A DNA stretch of 32,000 nt from Microcystis aeruginosa NIES-843 (GTDB lineage Bacteria; Cyanobacteriota; Cyanobacteriia; Cyanobacteriales; Microcystaceae): assembly GCF_000010625.1 (NCBI RefSeq), contig NC_010296.1, forward strand, positions 870,001 to 902,000, in the 5' to 3' direction. Both the position numbers and the translations under genes were made by a program. The notes under the pieces were generated by a model. The model saw only the letters and a program-made list of their open reading frames with translations, was not told where the DNA came from and made no database searches. Positions 9,264 to 18,177 of the stretch are shown one piece after another. Each line of letters opens with the position of its first letter. Within the stretch, counting starts at the first letter, position 1.

Positions 9264-9467
9264 TTACAGTAAACCTGTATTAGTCCCCGGTTTGCCAGTA
9301 GCTAACTGCACTTTGACAATTTTGCCGCCCATTTTCATGATGCGTTGTTGCTCACGAAACCAATTATCGTAGGGAACGAGTTTGGTGAAATAGGTATTTT
9401 GTAATTCCCGTTGTGTCCGAATGCGGCTTTGGCTAGGAACACAAGCGGTGATTTTGAACATCCGCAT
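9264..9467 (-). CDS. apcC: Phycobilisome core linker protein Lc7.8
   Basis: 67-aa ORF, MRMFKITACVPSQSRIRTQRELQNTYFTKLVPYDNWFREQQRIMKMGGKIVKV, a CpcD-like domain. It lies downstream of apcAB. Confidence 0.9.
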   Translation of the reverse strand: MRMFKITACVPSQSRIRTQRELQNTYFTKLVPYDNWFREQQRIMKMGGKIVKVQLATGKPGTNTGLL

Positions 9468-9527
9468 GGATTGATTTCTCCTAATCGCTGAAAAACTTGT
9501 CGCTCAAACTAATGAAGGCTTTTTCCT

Positions 9528-9916
9528 AAATTGACATCCTCACCGCCGTAAACGGACGGTGATTCCTCACCACGCCACCTTTTTAGGGTGGTCGCTGAAT
9601 GGGGTTGACGCTTCACCGAAAAACGCTTAATTGCTTAAGTCTGACACTTTCTCCACGTCCATTTAAAGTCTCCGAATGCCCTTCGGCGACTGATTTAATT
9701 TTGGTTTATACATACCGACACAGGGTATGTTTTGCCTCTAGCATGGAGTTCCCAGCGGCCGTCAGCTTACCCTTACTCATCGTCAACCCGTTGCAGGAAT
9801 TTCAACCTAGTATATTTATTCGGTCGTATCTATGATAGGGCGGGTTTTTTAGACCAGTAAGATTTTAACACAAAGCCGCCCTAAAAGGGGCGGGGTTTTC
9901 AACCCAAATTTTCGAT
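9528..9916 (-). mobile_element. Non-autonomous (TnpB-less) miniature IS200/IS605-type element with an omega-RNA-like right end
   Basis: On the minus strand the left end, ATCGAAAATTTGGGTTGAAAACCCCG plus hairpin plus GGCTTT, matches the left end at 5266. The right end contains the identical 36-mer found at 6554-6589 (here 9531-9566). There is no intact ORF, though degenerate tnpB C-terminal-like coding traces are visible. Confidence 0.7.
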
Positions 9917-10041
9917 AACAAAGGTCGGGAGTCAAGGATCAATACTAGCTCGTCAAAACCTATCTTGGCCAGATTCAGCCTTTAAAGACCTAGCACTCAT
10001 CCTCGGCTTCCCGAACCCTATTTTGTCCGAGTTCGTTACTT

Positions 10042-10527
10042 CTAGCTTAAGCCAGAGCTAATGTAGTCGAAGTAAATCCCCATTTCCTTACCCGCATCAG
10101 CACCGACTAAACTAGCGGTGACTTCTTTCATCGCTTGGATAGCTTGAACGGTGGAGGAGATGGGTACACCTAAAGAGTTGTAGGTTTCTTTCAGGCCGTT
10201 GAGAACGCGCTCGTCGAGGATAGAAGGATCTCCAGCTAACATAGCGTAGGTAGCATAACGGAGATAGTAGTCGAGGTCACGGATACAAGCGGCGTAACGA
10301 CGGGTGGTGTACATATTACCACCGGGACGGGTTACGTCAGAGTATAACAGGGACTTAGCCACAGCTTCCTTAACGATACCAGCAGCGTTGGCGCTAATGA
10401 CACTAGCGGCGCGCACGCGCAGTTCACCGGTGGCGAAGTAGCCTTTCAGTTTGCCGAGAGCAGAAGCGTCAAGGTATTTGCCTTGAACGTCAGCAGAGTT
10501 GATAACAGAAGTAATTGCGTCTTGCAT
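10042..10527 (-). CDS. apcB: Allophycocyanin beta subunit
   Basis: 161-aa ORF beginning [20 protein letters not shown], a phycobiliprotein fold. It lies downstream of apcA. Confidence 0.95.
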   Translation of the reverse strand: MQDAITSVINSADVQGKYLDASALGKLKGYFATGELRVRAASVISANAAGIVKEAVAKSLLYSDVTRPGGNMYTTRRYAACIRDLDYYLRYATYAMLAGDPSILDERVLNGLKETYNSLGVPISSTVQAIQAMKEVTASLVGADAGKEMGIYFDYISSGLS

Positions 10528-10606
10528 GGTGGTTCTTCCTTGGGTTTTGCTTAATCTTAAGAGGTTTACGAGGGGTGTGTCTAGAACAATTCACAAAGGA
10601 ATTATT

Positions 10607-11092
10607 CTAGGACATAGAGCCGATCACGTAATCGAAGTAGGAAGAAGCTTCAGAAGCATCGTCAGAAGACATAAGACCAGTAGCAACTTCTTTCATTTCG
10701 CGAACGCTTTGAGCTACGGCACCGATGTCGGTTCCTAAAGATTTGTACATTTCACGCACACCGACCAAACCGATTTCTTCAATCGGGGTGACATCACCAG
10801 CAACTACTCCGTAGGTGATTAAACGTAGGTAGTAGTCCATGTCACGCAGACAGGTAGCGGTCATTTCTTCGCCGTAAGCGTTGCCACCGGGGGAAACGAT
10901 GTCAGGACGTTTTTGGAATAAGCGATCGCCAGCTTGTTTGACGATGGTTTCGCGAGCGCCGGTCAGGGTTTCGGCGATGCGTAAACGAGCGGCACCACTG
11001 CCAACGAAGGCTTTAATTCTGTCTAGTTCGCCGGGGCTGAGGTAACGAGCTTCAGCATCAGCATTCACGATCGATTTCGTGACGATACTCAT
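10607..11092 (-). CDS. apcA: Allophycocyanin alpha subunit
   Basis: 161-aa ORF beginning [27 protein letters not shown]. Confidence 0.95.
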   Translation of the reverse strand: MSIVTKSIVNADAEARYLSPGELDRIKAFVGSGAARLRIAETLTGARETIVKQAGDRLFQKRPDIVSPGGNAYGEEMTATCLRDMDYYLRLITYGVVAGDVTPIEEIGLVGVREMYKSLGTDIGAVAQSVREMKEVATGLMSSDDASEASSYFDYVIGSMS

Positions 11093-11308
11093 TGATGGAT
11101 TCCTCCCAACTAAGTGAGATTAATAAACTTAATCTGACATTTTATAGCAGTTGTGGTCACTACGCTCAAGTTATCTCGTTTCCGCCTCAGCGTCTCAAGA
11201 CTTCCCTAGCTAGAGCGACCTAACGCAACTATTTTGCGGCATCTGGTTCACCTTCTCACTATTTTCGTAATACTTTTTAACATTTGCCCTGAGAAAGGAT
11301 CACCGGAG

Positions 11309-11362
11309 TGGGGTGTGGGGTGTGGGGTGTGGGGTGTGGGGTGTGGGGTGTGGGGTGTGGGG
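11309..11362. repeat. G-rich heptanucleotide repeat (TGGGGTG)n, about 7.7 units with 8 GGGG tracts
   Basis: Direct reading. It lies between the ruvA stop and the apcA upstream region, and is C-rich on the apcA-sense strand. Confidence 0.9.
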
Positions 11363-11385
11363 AGAATAAATAAAAATAATCTCCT

Positions 11386-11413
11386 GACGACCGACGACCG
11401 ACGACCGACGACT
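11386..11413. repeat. Heptanucleotide repeat (GACGACC)x4
   Basis: Direct reading. It abuts the ruvA stop codon. Confidence 0.85.
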
Positions 11414-11416
11414 GAT

Positions 11417-12046
11417 TTAACCTAGCCAATTAATTGCCCCTTTAATCCAGTCTTCCGGCTGAGTATTTTTACTAAATAAAGCATCTTGACTGAGGACTGC
11501 CATAGCTCGATCGATCTCCTCCTGGCTGTATCCTAAAGCTAAAAGGGTCATCTGCACATCTTCAAGGATTGCCGCTGCCGGTAGTATTGCCGTGATTGTC
11601 GTCGTCGCTTCTCTTAGCTGTCGCCATGCTGCCAATTTAGTTTTTAACTCTAAAGCGATTCTCTCTGCTGTTTTTAAGCCGACTCCGGGGGTTTTGCTCA
11701 AAATTTTGGTATTTCCTGTCACTATCGCCACCACAAGTTCCTCAATCCCCAAGGTATCGATTAAAGCTAGGGCTAATTGCGCTCCAACTCCATTGACGGA
11801 AAGCAGTTGACGAAACAGCTCTCGCTCTGGGGCGGTGCCGAAACCGTACAATAAAGGCTGCTCCTCGCGAAGGAGTAGGTGAGTAAAAATCTGACAACTA
11901 TCATTGTTATTGTTGCCGATGTCTAGGGCTAATCGCGAGGGAATTTGGATTTCGTAACCGATCTGGTTTACGTCTAAAATCAAGATCAGTCGGTTATTAG
12001 GGGTTTTGATCACCTCGATCGCTTGTCCCCGTAAATAATTAATCAT
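11417..12046 (-). CDS. ruvA: Holliday junction branch-migration complex subunit RuvA
   Basis: 209-aa ORF. It has tandem helix-hairpin-helix motifs (LLSVNGVGAQLALALI, LSKTPGVGLKTAERIALEL) and a C-terminal domain III. Confidence 0.9.
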   Translation of the reverse strand: MINYLRGQAIEVIKTPNNRLILILDVNQIGYEIQIPSRLALDIGNNNNDSCQIFTHLLLREEQPLLYGFGTAPERELFRQLLSVNGVGAQLALALIDTLGIEELVVAIVTGNTKILSKTPGVGLKTAERIALELKTKLAAWRQLREATTTITAILPAAAILEDVQMTLLALGYSQEEIDRAMAVLSQDALFSKNTQPEDWIKGAINWLG

Positions 12047-12217
12047 TGATTTAATTCTCCTACGAAAATAACCGAACCACAGGGATGACGGTTTTTACTC
12101 CCTGAAGGAATGCCGGGGAGATTTTCATTTTTGTTACAATTGTTAACAGAAGTGAATGGCGTAATTGATAACCTAATCTTCTTGGCGTTAGTCCCCAATA
12201 ATTGGAGAAGATACAAA

Positions 12218-13339
12218 ATGAATGGCAACATTAGAGTCGGGAATCTCTTTGGAATTCCCTTTTATATTAATCCTTCTTGGTTCTTTGTTCTGGGGTTAAT
12301 TACCTTGACCTATGGGGGAGATTTAAGTCAGTTTCCCCAGTTAACGGGAATCATGCCCTGGCTATTAGGATTTTTTGCCGCTATTCTCCTATTTGCCTCC
12401 GTGGTTGCCCACGAATTAGGTCATAGTTTTGTTGCCATCGCCCAAGGTATTGAAGTCAAATCAATTACCCTCTTTTTATTCGGTGGGTTGGCAACTCTCG
12501 GCAGAGAATCGAAAACTCCCCTAGAAGCTTTTCTAGTAGCAATTGCCGGCCCTTTAGTTAGTTTACTGCTCTTCGGTATCTTCCTAATTATTGGTTCCAA
12601 TATTAGCTTAAATGCGCCCCTGGCGGCGATTCTTTCTCTCCTGGCCTATATCAACCTCGCCCTAGGGTTATTTAACCTGATCCCCGGTTTACCTCTAGAT
12701 GGTGGTAATATCCTTAAAGCCATCGTCTGGCAAGTAACGGGTAATCCCAATAAAGGGGTTTTATTCGCTAGTCGTTTCGGTCAATTTTTTGGTTGGTTAG
12801 CGATTGTCATCGGTGCGCTATCAATTCTCGGAATCAGTCAATTTGGCAGTGCTTGGACGCTATTAATTGGCTTTTTCCTTCTACAAAATGCTGGCTTTTC
12901 CGCTCAATCAGCTAAGGTTCAAGATTTCCTAAGTCGCTACACCGCTAAAGATGTTATCTCTCCTAATAGTCCTGTAGTGCCGATTAATTTAACCCTGCGC
13001 GAGTTTGCTAATAATTATGTTATCGGTAAACAACAATGGTCTAAATTCCTAGTTACCGATAGCGAAGGTAAACTATTGGGGGTGATTAATGTAGAGGCTC
13101 TGAAAACGATTCCCACTTCCCAATGGACAGAGGTAAATATCGGCCAGTTATTACAAACTAGCGAAAGTCTTAAACTGGTTTTGTCTGATACTTCTCTCTT
13201 AGATGTGGTGAAAATTTTGGAAGGCGAAAATTTATCTCAAGTGACAGTGGTAGAAGAAAACGGCACAGTTTTGGGATTAATTGAGAAAGCTTCTATCCTT
13301 ACTTTTCTCGCCCAAGAAACCCAAAGTCAAGCCGCTTAA
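12218..13339 (+). CDS. Site-2 protease family (M50) zinc metalloprotease with a C-terminal CBS pair
   Basis: It has an HELGH zinc motif, multiple TM helices, NLIPGLPLDGG, and CBS-like C-terminal repeats. The start is chosen at the internal ATG 12218 (MNGNIRVGNLFGIPF) rather than the ORF-track start at 12110. Confidence 0.8.
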   Translation: MNGNIRVGNLFGIPFYINPSWFFVLGLITLTYGGDLSQFPQLTGIMPWLLGFFAAILLFASVVAHELGHSFVAIAQGIEVKSITLFLFGGLATLGRESKTPLEAFLVAIAGPLVSLLLFGIFLIIGSNISLNAPLAAILSLLAYINLALGLFNLIPGLPLDGGNILKAIVWQVTGNPNKGVLFASRFGQFFGWLAIVIGALSILGISQFGSAWTLLIGFFLLQNAGFSAQSAKVQDFLSRYTAKDVISPNSPVVPINLTLREFANNYVIGKQQWSKFLVTDSEGKLLGVINVEALKTIPTSQWTEVNIGQLLQTSESLKLVLSDTSLLDVVKILEGENLSQVTVVEENGTVLGLIEKASILTFLAQETQSQAA

Positions 13340-13340
13340 T

Positions 13341-13375
13341 CAGTTATCAGTTATCAGTTATCAGTTATCAGTTAG
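13341..13375. repeat. Heptanucleotide repeat (CAGTTAT)x5
   Basis: It starts one nucleotide after the TAA stop of the M50 protease gene. Confidence 0.9.
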
Positions 13376-13430
13376 GTAAATGTAATTTTCACCTCAATAT
13401 TCTCGCATAATTTTGTCTAGTATCTCCTGA

Positions 13431-14579
13431 CTATACTAACTGTCGCATTGCTTGCCACAATTGCTCGTATTCTTGCTCGGTTGCTGGGGATAAAGGGTTT
13501 AAAAAATCGCTTTTTTTGATCGCTTCTGGATTAACAAGTAAAGGATTATTTCTAATATCTGGGGAAATTTGGTCGGGATTTTGAGTGAGAATTAGGGGTG
13601 ATAATCCGGAGGTAAATAAAGAAATTTTAGTGGCGGATTCTGGTTGCCAACAAAAATCAATCCATTGCTCGACAAGAGAATTAGGAGTAGTTAAAACCGG
13701 TTTTACCCACACATCTGACCAGAGAGAAGTCCCAGATTTGGGGACAACAACTTTAATTTTATTATAGCGATCGCTCACTGGTAAAATATCATTAGACCAA
13801 CCCACAGATAGCCAGACATCACCGAGTATCAGGGGTTGTAAATAATGTTGAGAACTATAAAATTTTACCTGTTTTTGTAAAGCGAATAGCTGGTCTTTTA
13901 GTCCCATTACTTGTTTTAAATCACTAGAATTATAAGAATAACCCATTTTTTTTAGGGTTAAACCGATGACTTCGCGACGATTATCAATTAGGGCAATTTT
14001 ACCGGTTAATTCCGGTCGCCATAGATCAGACCAATCCTGTGGTCGCCAGTCAAATTGAGCGAATTTTTCCTCATTATAGGCAATTACTGTCATTCCCCAA
14101 CGGTAGGGCGCACCCCAGACTTTACCCTCTGTTTGCGGTTGTCCTTGGGCATTGCGAGTCATGTTTTCTTGCCAACGGGGGGGCAGTTTTGACCAATTAG
14201 AGAGTTGAGAAGTATCTAGGGGTTGAATTAAGCCGTTGGTAATCGCTTTTCCTAGCCAAGCATCCCCTAGGGTGACTAAATTACCCATCGCTGGGTTTTG
14301 TTCCCTAAAAGGGATAGAAATCGAAAATTGTGAGGCTGGTTGCCCCTGATTTTTTAACCATTTTTCCAACAATTTTAATAGCTCTTTCAGCTGCCTTTCC
14401 GACTGAAAATTGACTGTTTTTTCGGCAATAGTTTTCCGAAAGTCTGTTAGTAATCGCGGCGGAATCGAACCGGAGAGGAGAAAAATGCTCGGCTCGCCGC
14501 TTCCGGAAGCGCAGCCACTTAAACCTCCTGCCAAGGCGATTGTACCTAATCCTTGCAAAAAAGAACGTCTGTTTAACAT
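13431..14579 (-). CDS. ABC-transporter periplasmic solute-binding lipoprotein (PotD/polyamine-binding-like)
   Basis: It has a Tat-type signal (NRRSFLQGLG) followed by a lipobox (LSGC). Length and composition fit the family-1 extracellular solute-binding fold. The substrate is not determinable from the sequence. Confidence 0.55.
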   Translation of the reverse strand: MLNRRSFLQGLGTIALAGGLSGCASGSGEPSIFLLSGSIPPRLLTDFRKTIAEKTVNFQSERQLKELLKLLEKWLKNQGQPASQFSISIPFREQNPAMGNLVTLGDAWLGKAITNGLIQPLDTSQLSNWSKLPPRWQENMTRNAQGQPQTEGKVWGAPYRWGMTVIAYNEEKFAQFDWRPQDWSDLWRPELTGKIALIDNRREVIGLTLKKMGYSYNSSDLKQVMGLKDQLFALQKQVKFYSSQHYLQPLILGDVWLSVGWSNDILPVSDRYNKIKVVVPKSGTSLWSDVWVKPVLTTPNSLVEQWIDFCWQPESATKISLFTSGLSPLILTQNPDQISPDIRNNPLLVNPEAIKKSDFLNPLSPATEQEYEQLWQAMRQLV

Positions 14580-14957
14580 ATCGCCCGCCGATTTTCAACT
14601 TCAACAGTAATAATTGCCAGTTTCTAGCCTTAAATTATTATAGGACGATTTTTAACAGAATGTAAACTAGGGAGTTTTGCCGCTACCGATTTCAGCTATA
14701 GATCGGCTTTGTTGTTAACTTTTATGGTAGAAAACTCTGATTTTGTCCTAGTTAAAGCTAGGATAGAAAGAGTAAGCTAAGAGGCGAGGGTATAAGACTA
14801 TGTTCGACAATCATAATCGAGATTTTCGTTATTCTTGTCGTTGTGGACAAGCCAATTTTCAGTCGGTAAAACATCGATCGGGTATTTTATTAATCGGGGG
14901 AGCGGAAGAAGGTAAGTTAGGAGAAGATCAAGCGACCACATGGTTATTAAATCGAGC

Positions 14958-16099
14958 TATACTTTAGACGTTCATAATCTGAGATTTATTAAACTTCTGA
15001 AATCGTAGAGTCAGCAAGGAATCCAGTTCTTTTTTATGTTTCAAATGGGCATCATTCAAACATTCATAAATGGCTGAAGAAAAGTCAGAAAAGTTTTCAT
15101 AATATTTACCATATAAACATTTCTTTTTGACAAATTTCCACAGCCTTTCAATTAAATTTAGATTAGGTGAATAAGACGGCAGATAGAGCAGTTCTATTGA
15201 CAAAGAAAGAGCTAATTCTTCAACAATTTGACATTTTTGATAGCGGGCATTATCTAAGACTAGAGTGATGGGAATCATTAGTCCTAAAGCAGCTATTTTT
15301 GACCGGAGTTCACAGACTTGAGTTGCCGTAATATAAGTGTCATTCGTAACCAGAATAACTTCATGAGTTATTGCATTTAATGCTCCTAAAACATTGAAGC
15401 GTTTACGCCCGCTCGGTGACTTAACAAAAAGTCTCTCAAAACACCAAACAAAACCGAGAAATGCTCCCATGACGAAGTGAGCGGCATCAACAAAAAAAAC
15501 AGCCCTTTTTCCTTCTTTAGCCTCATTTAGTCTGGGTTCTAGCTTTTTTTCTTTGTATTCTTCTTGTTCATCTGGGTCAGCTTTAGAAGGAAGAGAACCT
15601 ATTTTTAAACATTTCATTCCCAAGGATTTTAAGAATTTTCTCACTTGGGTAGGACTTCGTTTTATTCCTGTCAATTCTTCTCTTCTATATACAGCTTCAT
15701 TTATTGTGGCTGGTGGATTTTTCTCGAAATATTTTTTGAGCGTTTCTCTTTGAGACTCTAATTCACTTTTAGGGCGATAGAAGTTGATTTCTTTTAATTT
15801 TTCTATTCCGCCCTCTTGATAATCTCGAAGATAGGTTAATAAGGTATTTGGCGAGATTCCTGCTAACTGACAAATTTTTTGGTGCGGTATCTTTTGGCTT
15901 TTTAACCAGAGAACTTCCATCTTCAGTTGAACCCGGGGATGGGGATGATGAAATCTTTCATAATACAGTGAGTTCTTTTCTTCTTCCGTGAATTCTAGGT
16001 TAATCATGTTTTTAATGAGTGCTTTGCTTCTAATTATGACTCTTAAACTATATTATTGTCCTTGAGTAAAAAATGCAAGTTGTAGCCGTGCAAAGTATA
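14958..16099 (-). mobile_element. IS630-family insertion sequence (type 2), with TA target duplication
   Basis: Both ends are flanked by TA, with short IRs TACTTTAGAC / TACTTTGCAC. It encodes an intact 347-aa transposase. Confidence 0.8.
14964..16007 (-). CDS. IS630-family DDE transposase (single ORF)
   Basis: 347 aa. It has an N-terminal HTH (ICQLAGISPNTLLTYLR) and a DDE-type C-terminus (FFVDAAHF, LVLDNARYQ, YLPSYSPNLNLIERLW). Confidence 0.85.
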   Translation of the reverse strand: MINLEFTEEEKNSLYYERFHHPHPRVQLKMEVLWLKSQKIPHQKICQLAGISPNTLLTYLRDYQEGGIEKLKEINFYRPKSELESQRETLKKYFEKNPPATINEAVYRREELTGIKRSPTQVRKFLKSLGMKCLKIGSLPSKADPDEQEEYKEKKLEPRLNEAKEGKRAVFFVDAAHFVMGAFLGFVWCFERLFVKSPSGRKRFNVLGALNAITHEVILVTNDTYITATQVCELRSKIAALGLMIPITLVLDNARYQKCQIVEELALSLSIELLYLPSYSPNLNLIERLWKFVKKKCLYGKYYENFSDFSSAIYECLNDAHLKHKKELDSLLTLRFQKFNKSQIMNV

Positions 16100-17042
16100 A
16101 AGGCGGTAATTACTTAGTGCTGCGCTTTGGTGATCTTGGCGGTCAAGCCGATTGGATTTGCGACAATTACCGCTCCCTGATCGGCTCGGCGGCGGAACTA
16201 TCAATTGATAGTCGTGAAGCGGCGAATCATCCTGATGTTATCGAATATATTAGTAATGCCGATATTCTTTTTTTTGCCGGTGGTGATCAAAATCAGTACG
16301 AGGATTTGTGGGAAAGCACAAAGGTGGAAACAGCGATCAATTATCTGATCAATGAGAAAAAAGTTCCCGTGGCGGGAACCAGCGCAGGAATGGCTATTCT
16401 GGGTGATTTTTACTATGCGCCCACTCACGAAGGGGTACTGAGTTCGGAAATATTAAATAATCCCTTTCACTTCAACACTAAAGACTTCTATCGGAGTGAT
16501 TTTATTCGGGTTCCTTTTCTCAAAAAAGTGGTGACAGATACCCATTTGGATCGACTCAATCAAGATCATCCCGAAACAAGATATGGTCGCCTTTTTGGTT
16601 TTTTAGCCCGCAATGTACACGATAATCACAATCAACTGCCCGCCTACGCTATCGGTTTAGAAGAAGGTGCTTTTCTGGCGATTGATGAGCATGGTATCGC
16701 CAAAGTCTACGGCAACGGCACCGATAAAGGACAAGATGCCTATTTTCTGCAAACTAACGGGACTCTACCCGAACAGATGGAGCCGGATCGGCCTTTAATC
16801 TGGAATAATAACGGTCAAGCGGTGAAAGTCTACCGCATCGCAGGAACTCCCTCCGGCAGCGGTAAATTTGACCTCAAGGATTGGTCTAGTGCTGCTGGCG
16901 GTCGCTGGGAATATTGGTACACTAAAGGGGGAATAGCTGGGTTTAAGCGGGTTCCAGTAGCCTGAAGTTCATTTTTGTCAAAAAAGTGATTTCTATGGGT
17001 TTTAGGATAAATTTTGAGGCAATACGGAGAGTTTTTTGAGCT

Positions 17043-17645
17043 ATGACCCCTGAATTAATCACTTTCGGTCGGTATCTCGCGGGTGAATTTGAAAATCAAC
17101 GGCAAGCGCAAGCAGAACCGGTGTGGTACGTTCACCTGCGTTTATGGTTGCGTCCGCTGCCTTTATTTCGGGAAGACAGCATCGCGCTTTTTGCCGAACA
17201 GGCCAGTATCATCAATTTAGACCAACCCTACCGACCGCGACTGTGGCGATTAACGCACTCGGAATCGGGAGGGTTAGAGGTTAGGCACTATATGTTTAAT
17301 GACCTGAAATCCGTGCAAGGTGCGGGCAAAAATCCCGATATTTTGCGAAAAATTAGCTTAGAAGACCTAACTTTCCTGCCTACCTGCACTTTAGCGGTCA
17401 AAGTCAATACTCTCGCTGATAATCAATACCAGTTTATCGCCCAACCGCAACCGGAACAGCGCTGTCAATTCACCTATGAGGGTACAACCTATCAGGTGGC
17501 TTTAGGTTTCGAGGTGACGAGTCATAGCCTAAAAACCTACGATAAAGGCCTAGATCCCGGCACTGGTAAGGGAATTTGGGGCGCTCTGCTCGGTCCCTAT
17601 CAATACGAGAAAAAACGGGATTTTTCGGCAGAATTGGATGTGTGA
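17043..17645 (+). CDS. cpcT: Phycobiliprotein bilin lyase, CpcT/CpeT family
   Basis: 200-aa ORF. The N-terminal LAGEFENQRQAQAEPVWYVHLRLW is typical of T-type lyases. Confidence 0.8.
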   Translation: MTPELITFGRYLAGEFENQRQAQAEPVWYVHLRLWLRPLPLFREDSIALFAEQASIINLDQPYRPRLWRLTHSESGGLEVRHYMFNDLKSVQGAGKNPDILRKISLEDLTFLPTCTLAVKVNTLADNQYQFIAQPQPEQRCQFTYEGTTYQVALGFEVTSHSLKTYDKGLDPGTGKGIWGALLGPYQYEKKRDFSAELDV

Positions 17646-17656
17646 GGAAGATTGCA

Positions 17657-17830
17657 TCACATTAGGTCAAAATGACGGCAGATGACACCGCAAAGAGCCG
17701 CTAAAGCGGTAATTCCTAAAGCTGTACCGATGTCTTGTCCTTGATTGACAGCAAAAGAAGTGACGATTCCCGCACCTAAACCGGCTGTGATTGCCGCTCC
17801 GAGAAAATCTTTATCCGAGTTTTTATACAT
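17657..17830 (-). CDS. Small glycine-zipper membrane protein (hypothetical)
   Basis: The ATG at 17830 gives a 57-aa product, MYKNSDKDFLGAAITAGLGAGIVTS...GITALAALCGVI. The longer ORF-track version starts at a TTG. Confidence 0.35.
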   Translation of the reverse strand: MYKNSDKDFLGAAITAGLGAGIVTSFAVNQGQDIGTALGITALAALCGVICRHFDLM

Positions 17831-17950
17831 AGAGATAAGGCCAAATTTCGACAAAATCGTGTTTTTTACCTTATCATCCTCTTTTGAGCAACTAATCACC
17901 CGGGAGCGGAATTGCAATTAAGCTTTAGATTTAGCCACGTTTCTTAACAT

Positions 17951-18143
17951 TAGATCTGCTGCAAAAATCAAAAATCTTCCGTTAGGTGAGGAGACTCTGA
18001 GATAGGAGACGGTCGCCAGGAGGAGAAAAAAGACAATAGACAACTATCCCATTCATAAAACCTAAGATTATGTCAAATTTATCTATTTTTTTGGGTATTT
18101 TGACCCGATGGCGGCTCGATAACTTACTTTTGCAGGAGGTCTA
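17951..18143. repeat. MITE-like element with inverted ends TAGATCTGCTGCA / TGCAGGAGGTCTA
   Basis: Its ends, and the subterminal sequence GGCTCGATAACTTACTTTTGCAGGAGGTCTATT, resemble those of the element at 30131-30270. Confidence 0.45.
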
Positions 18144-18177
18144 TTAAGTTGGGTAAGATAGATAGGAGGTAAAATCG

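Larger units (their letters stand above)
14800..16965 (+). pseudogene. Peptidase S51 (cyanophycinase/dipeptidase E-like) gene interrupted by an IS630-family element (fragments 14800-14959 and 16100-16965)
   Basis: The N-terminal fragment ...GILLIGGAEEGKLGEDQATTWLLNRA and the C-terminal fragment KGGNYLVLRFGD...FFAGGDQNQY...VAGTSAGMAILG join in frame once the IS and one TA copy are removed. GTSAG is a nucleophile-type motif. Confidence 0.7.

Noticed and set aside
9599-9835. 78-aa plus-strand ORF between apcC and apcB
   Set aside because: It lies antisense within the mini IS200/IS605-type element, is not recognisably related to any protein family, and is better explained as non-coding element sequence.
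11234-11425. 63-aa ORF containing WGVGCGVWGVGCGVWGVG
   Set aside because: It is a translation of the (TGGGGTG)n and (GACGACC)n repeats and is not a gene.
12110-12217. Extended N-terminus of the M50 protease (ORF-track start at 12110)
   Set aside because: The extension overlaps the ruvA upstream region and lacks the family N-terminus. The internal ATG at 12218 gives the typical start directly before the first TM helix.
14305-14610. ORFs 14305-14604 (-) and 14410-14610 (+) overlapping the solute-binding protein gene
   Set aside because: They are out-of-frame or antisense overlaps with a well-supported 382-aa lipoprotein ORF, and they have a basic, low-complexity composition.
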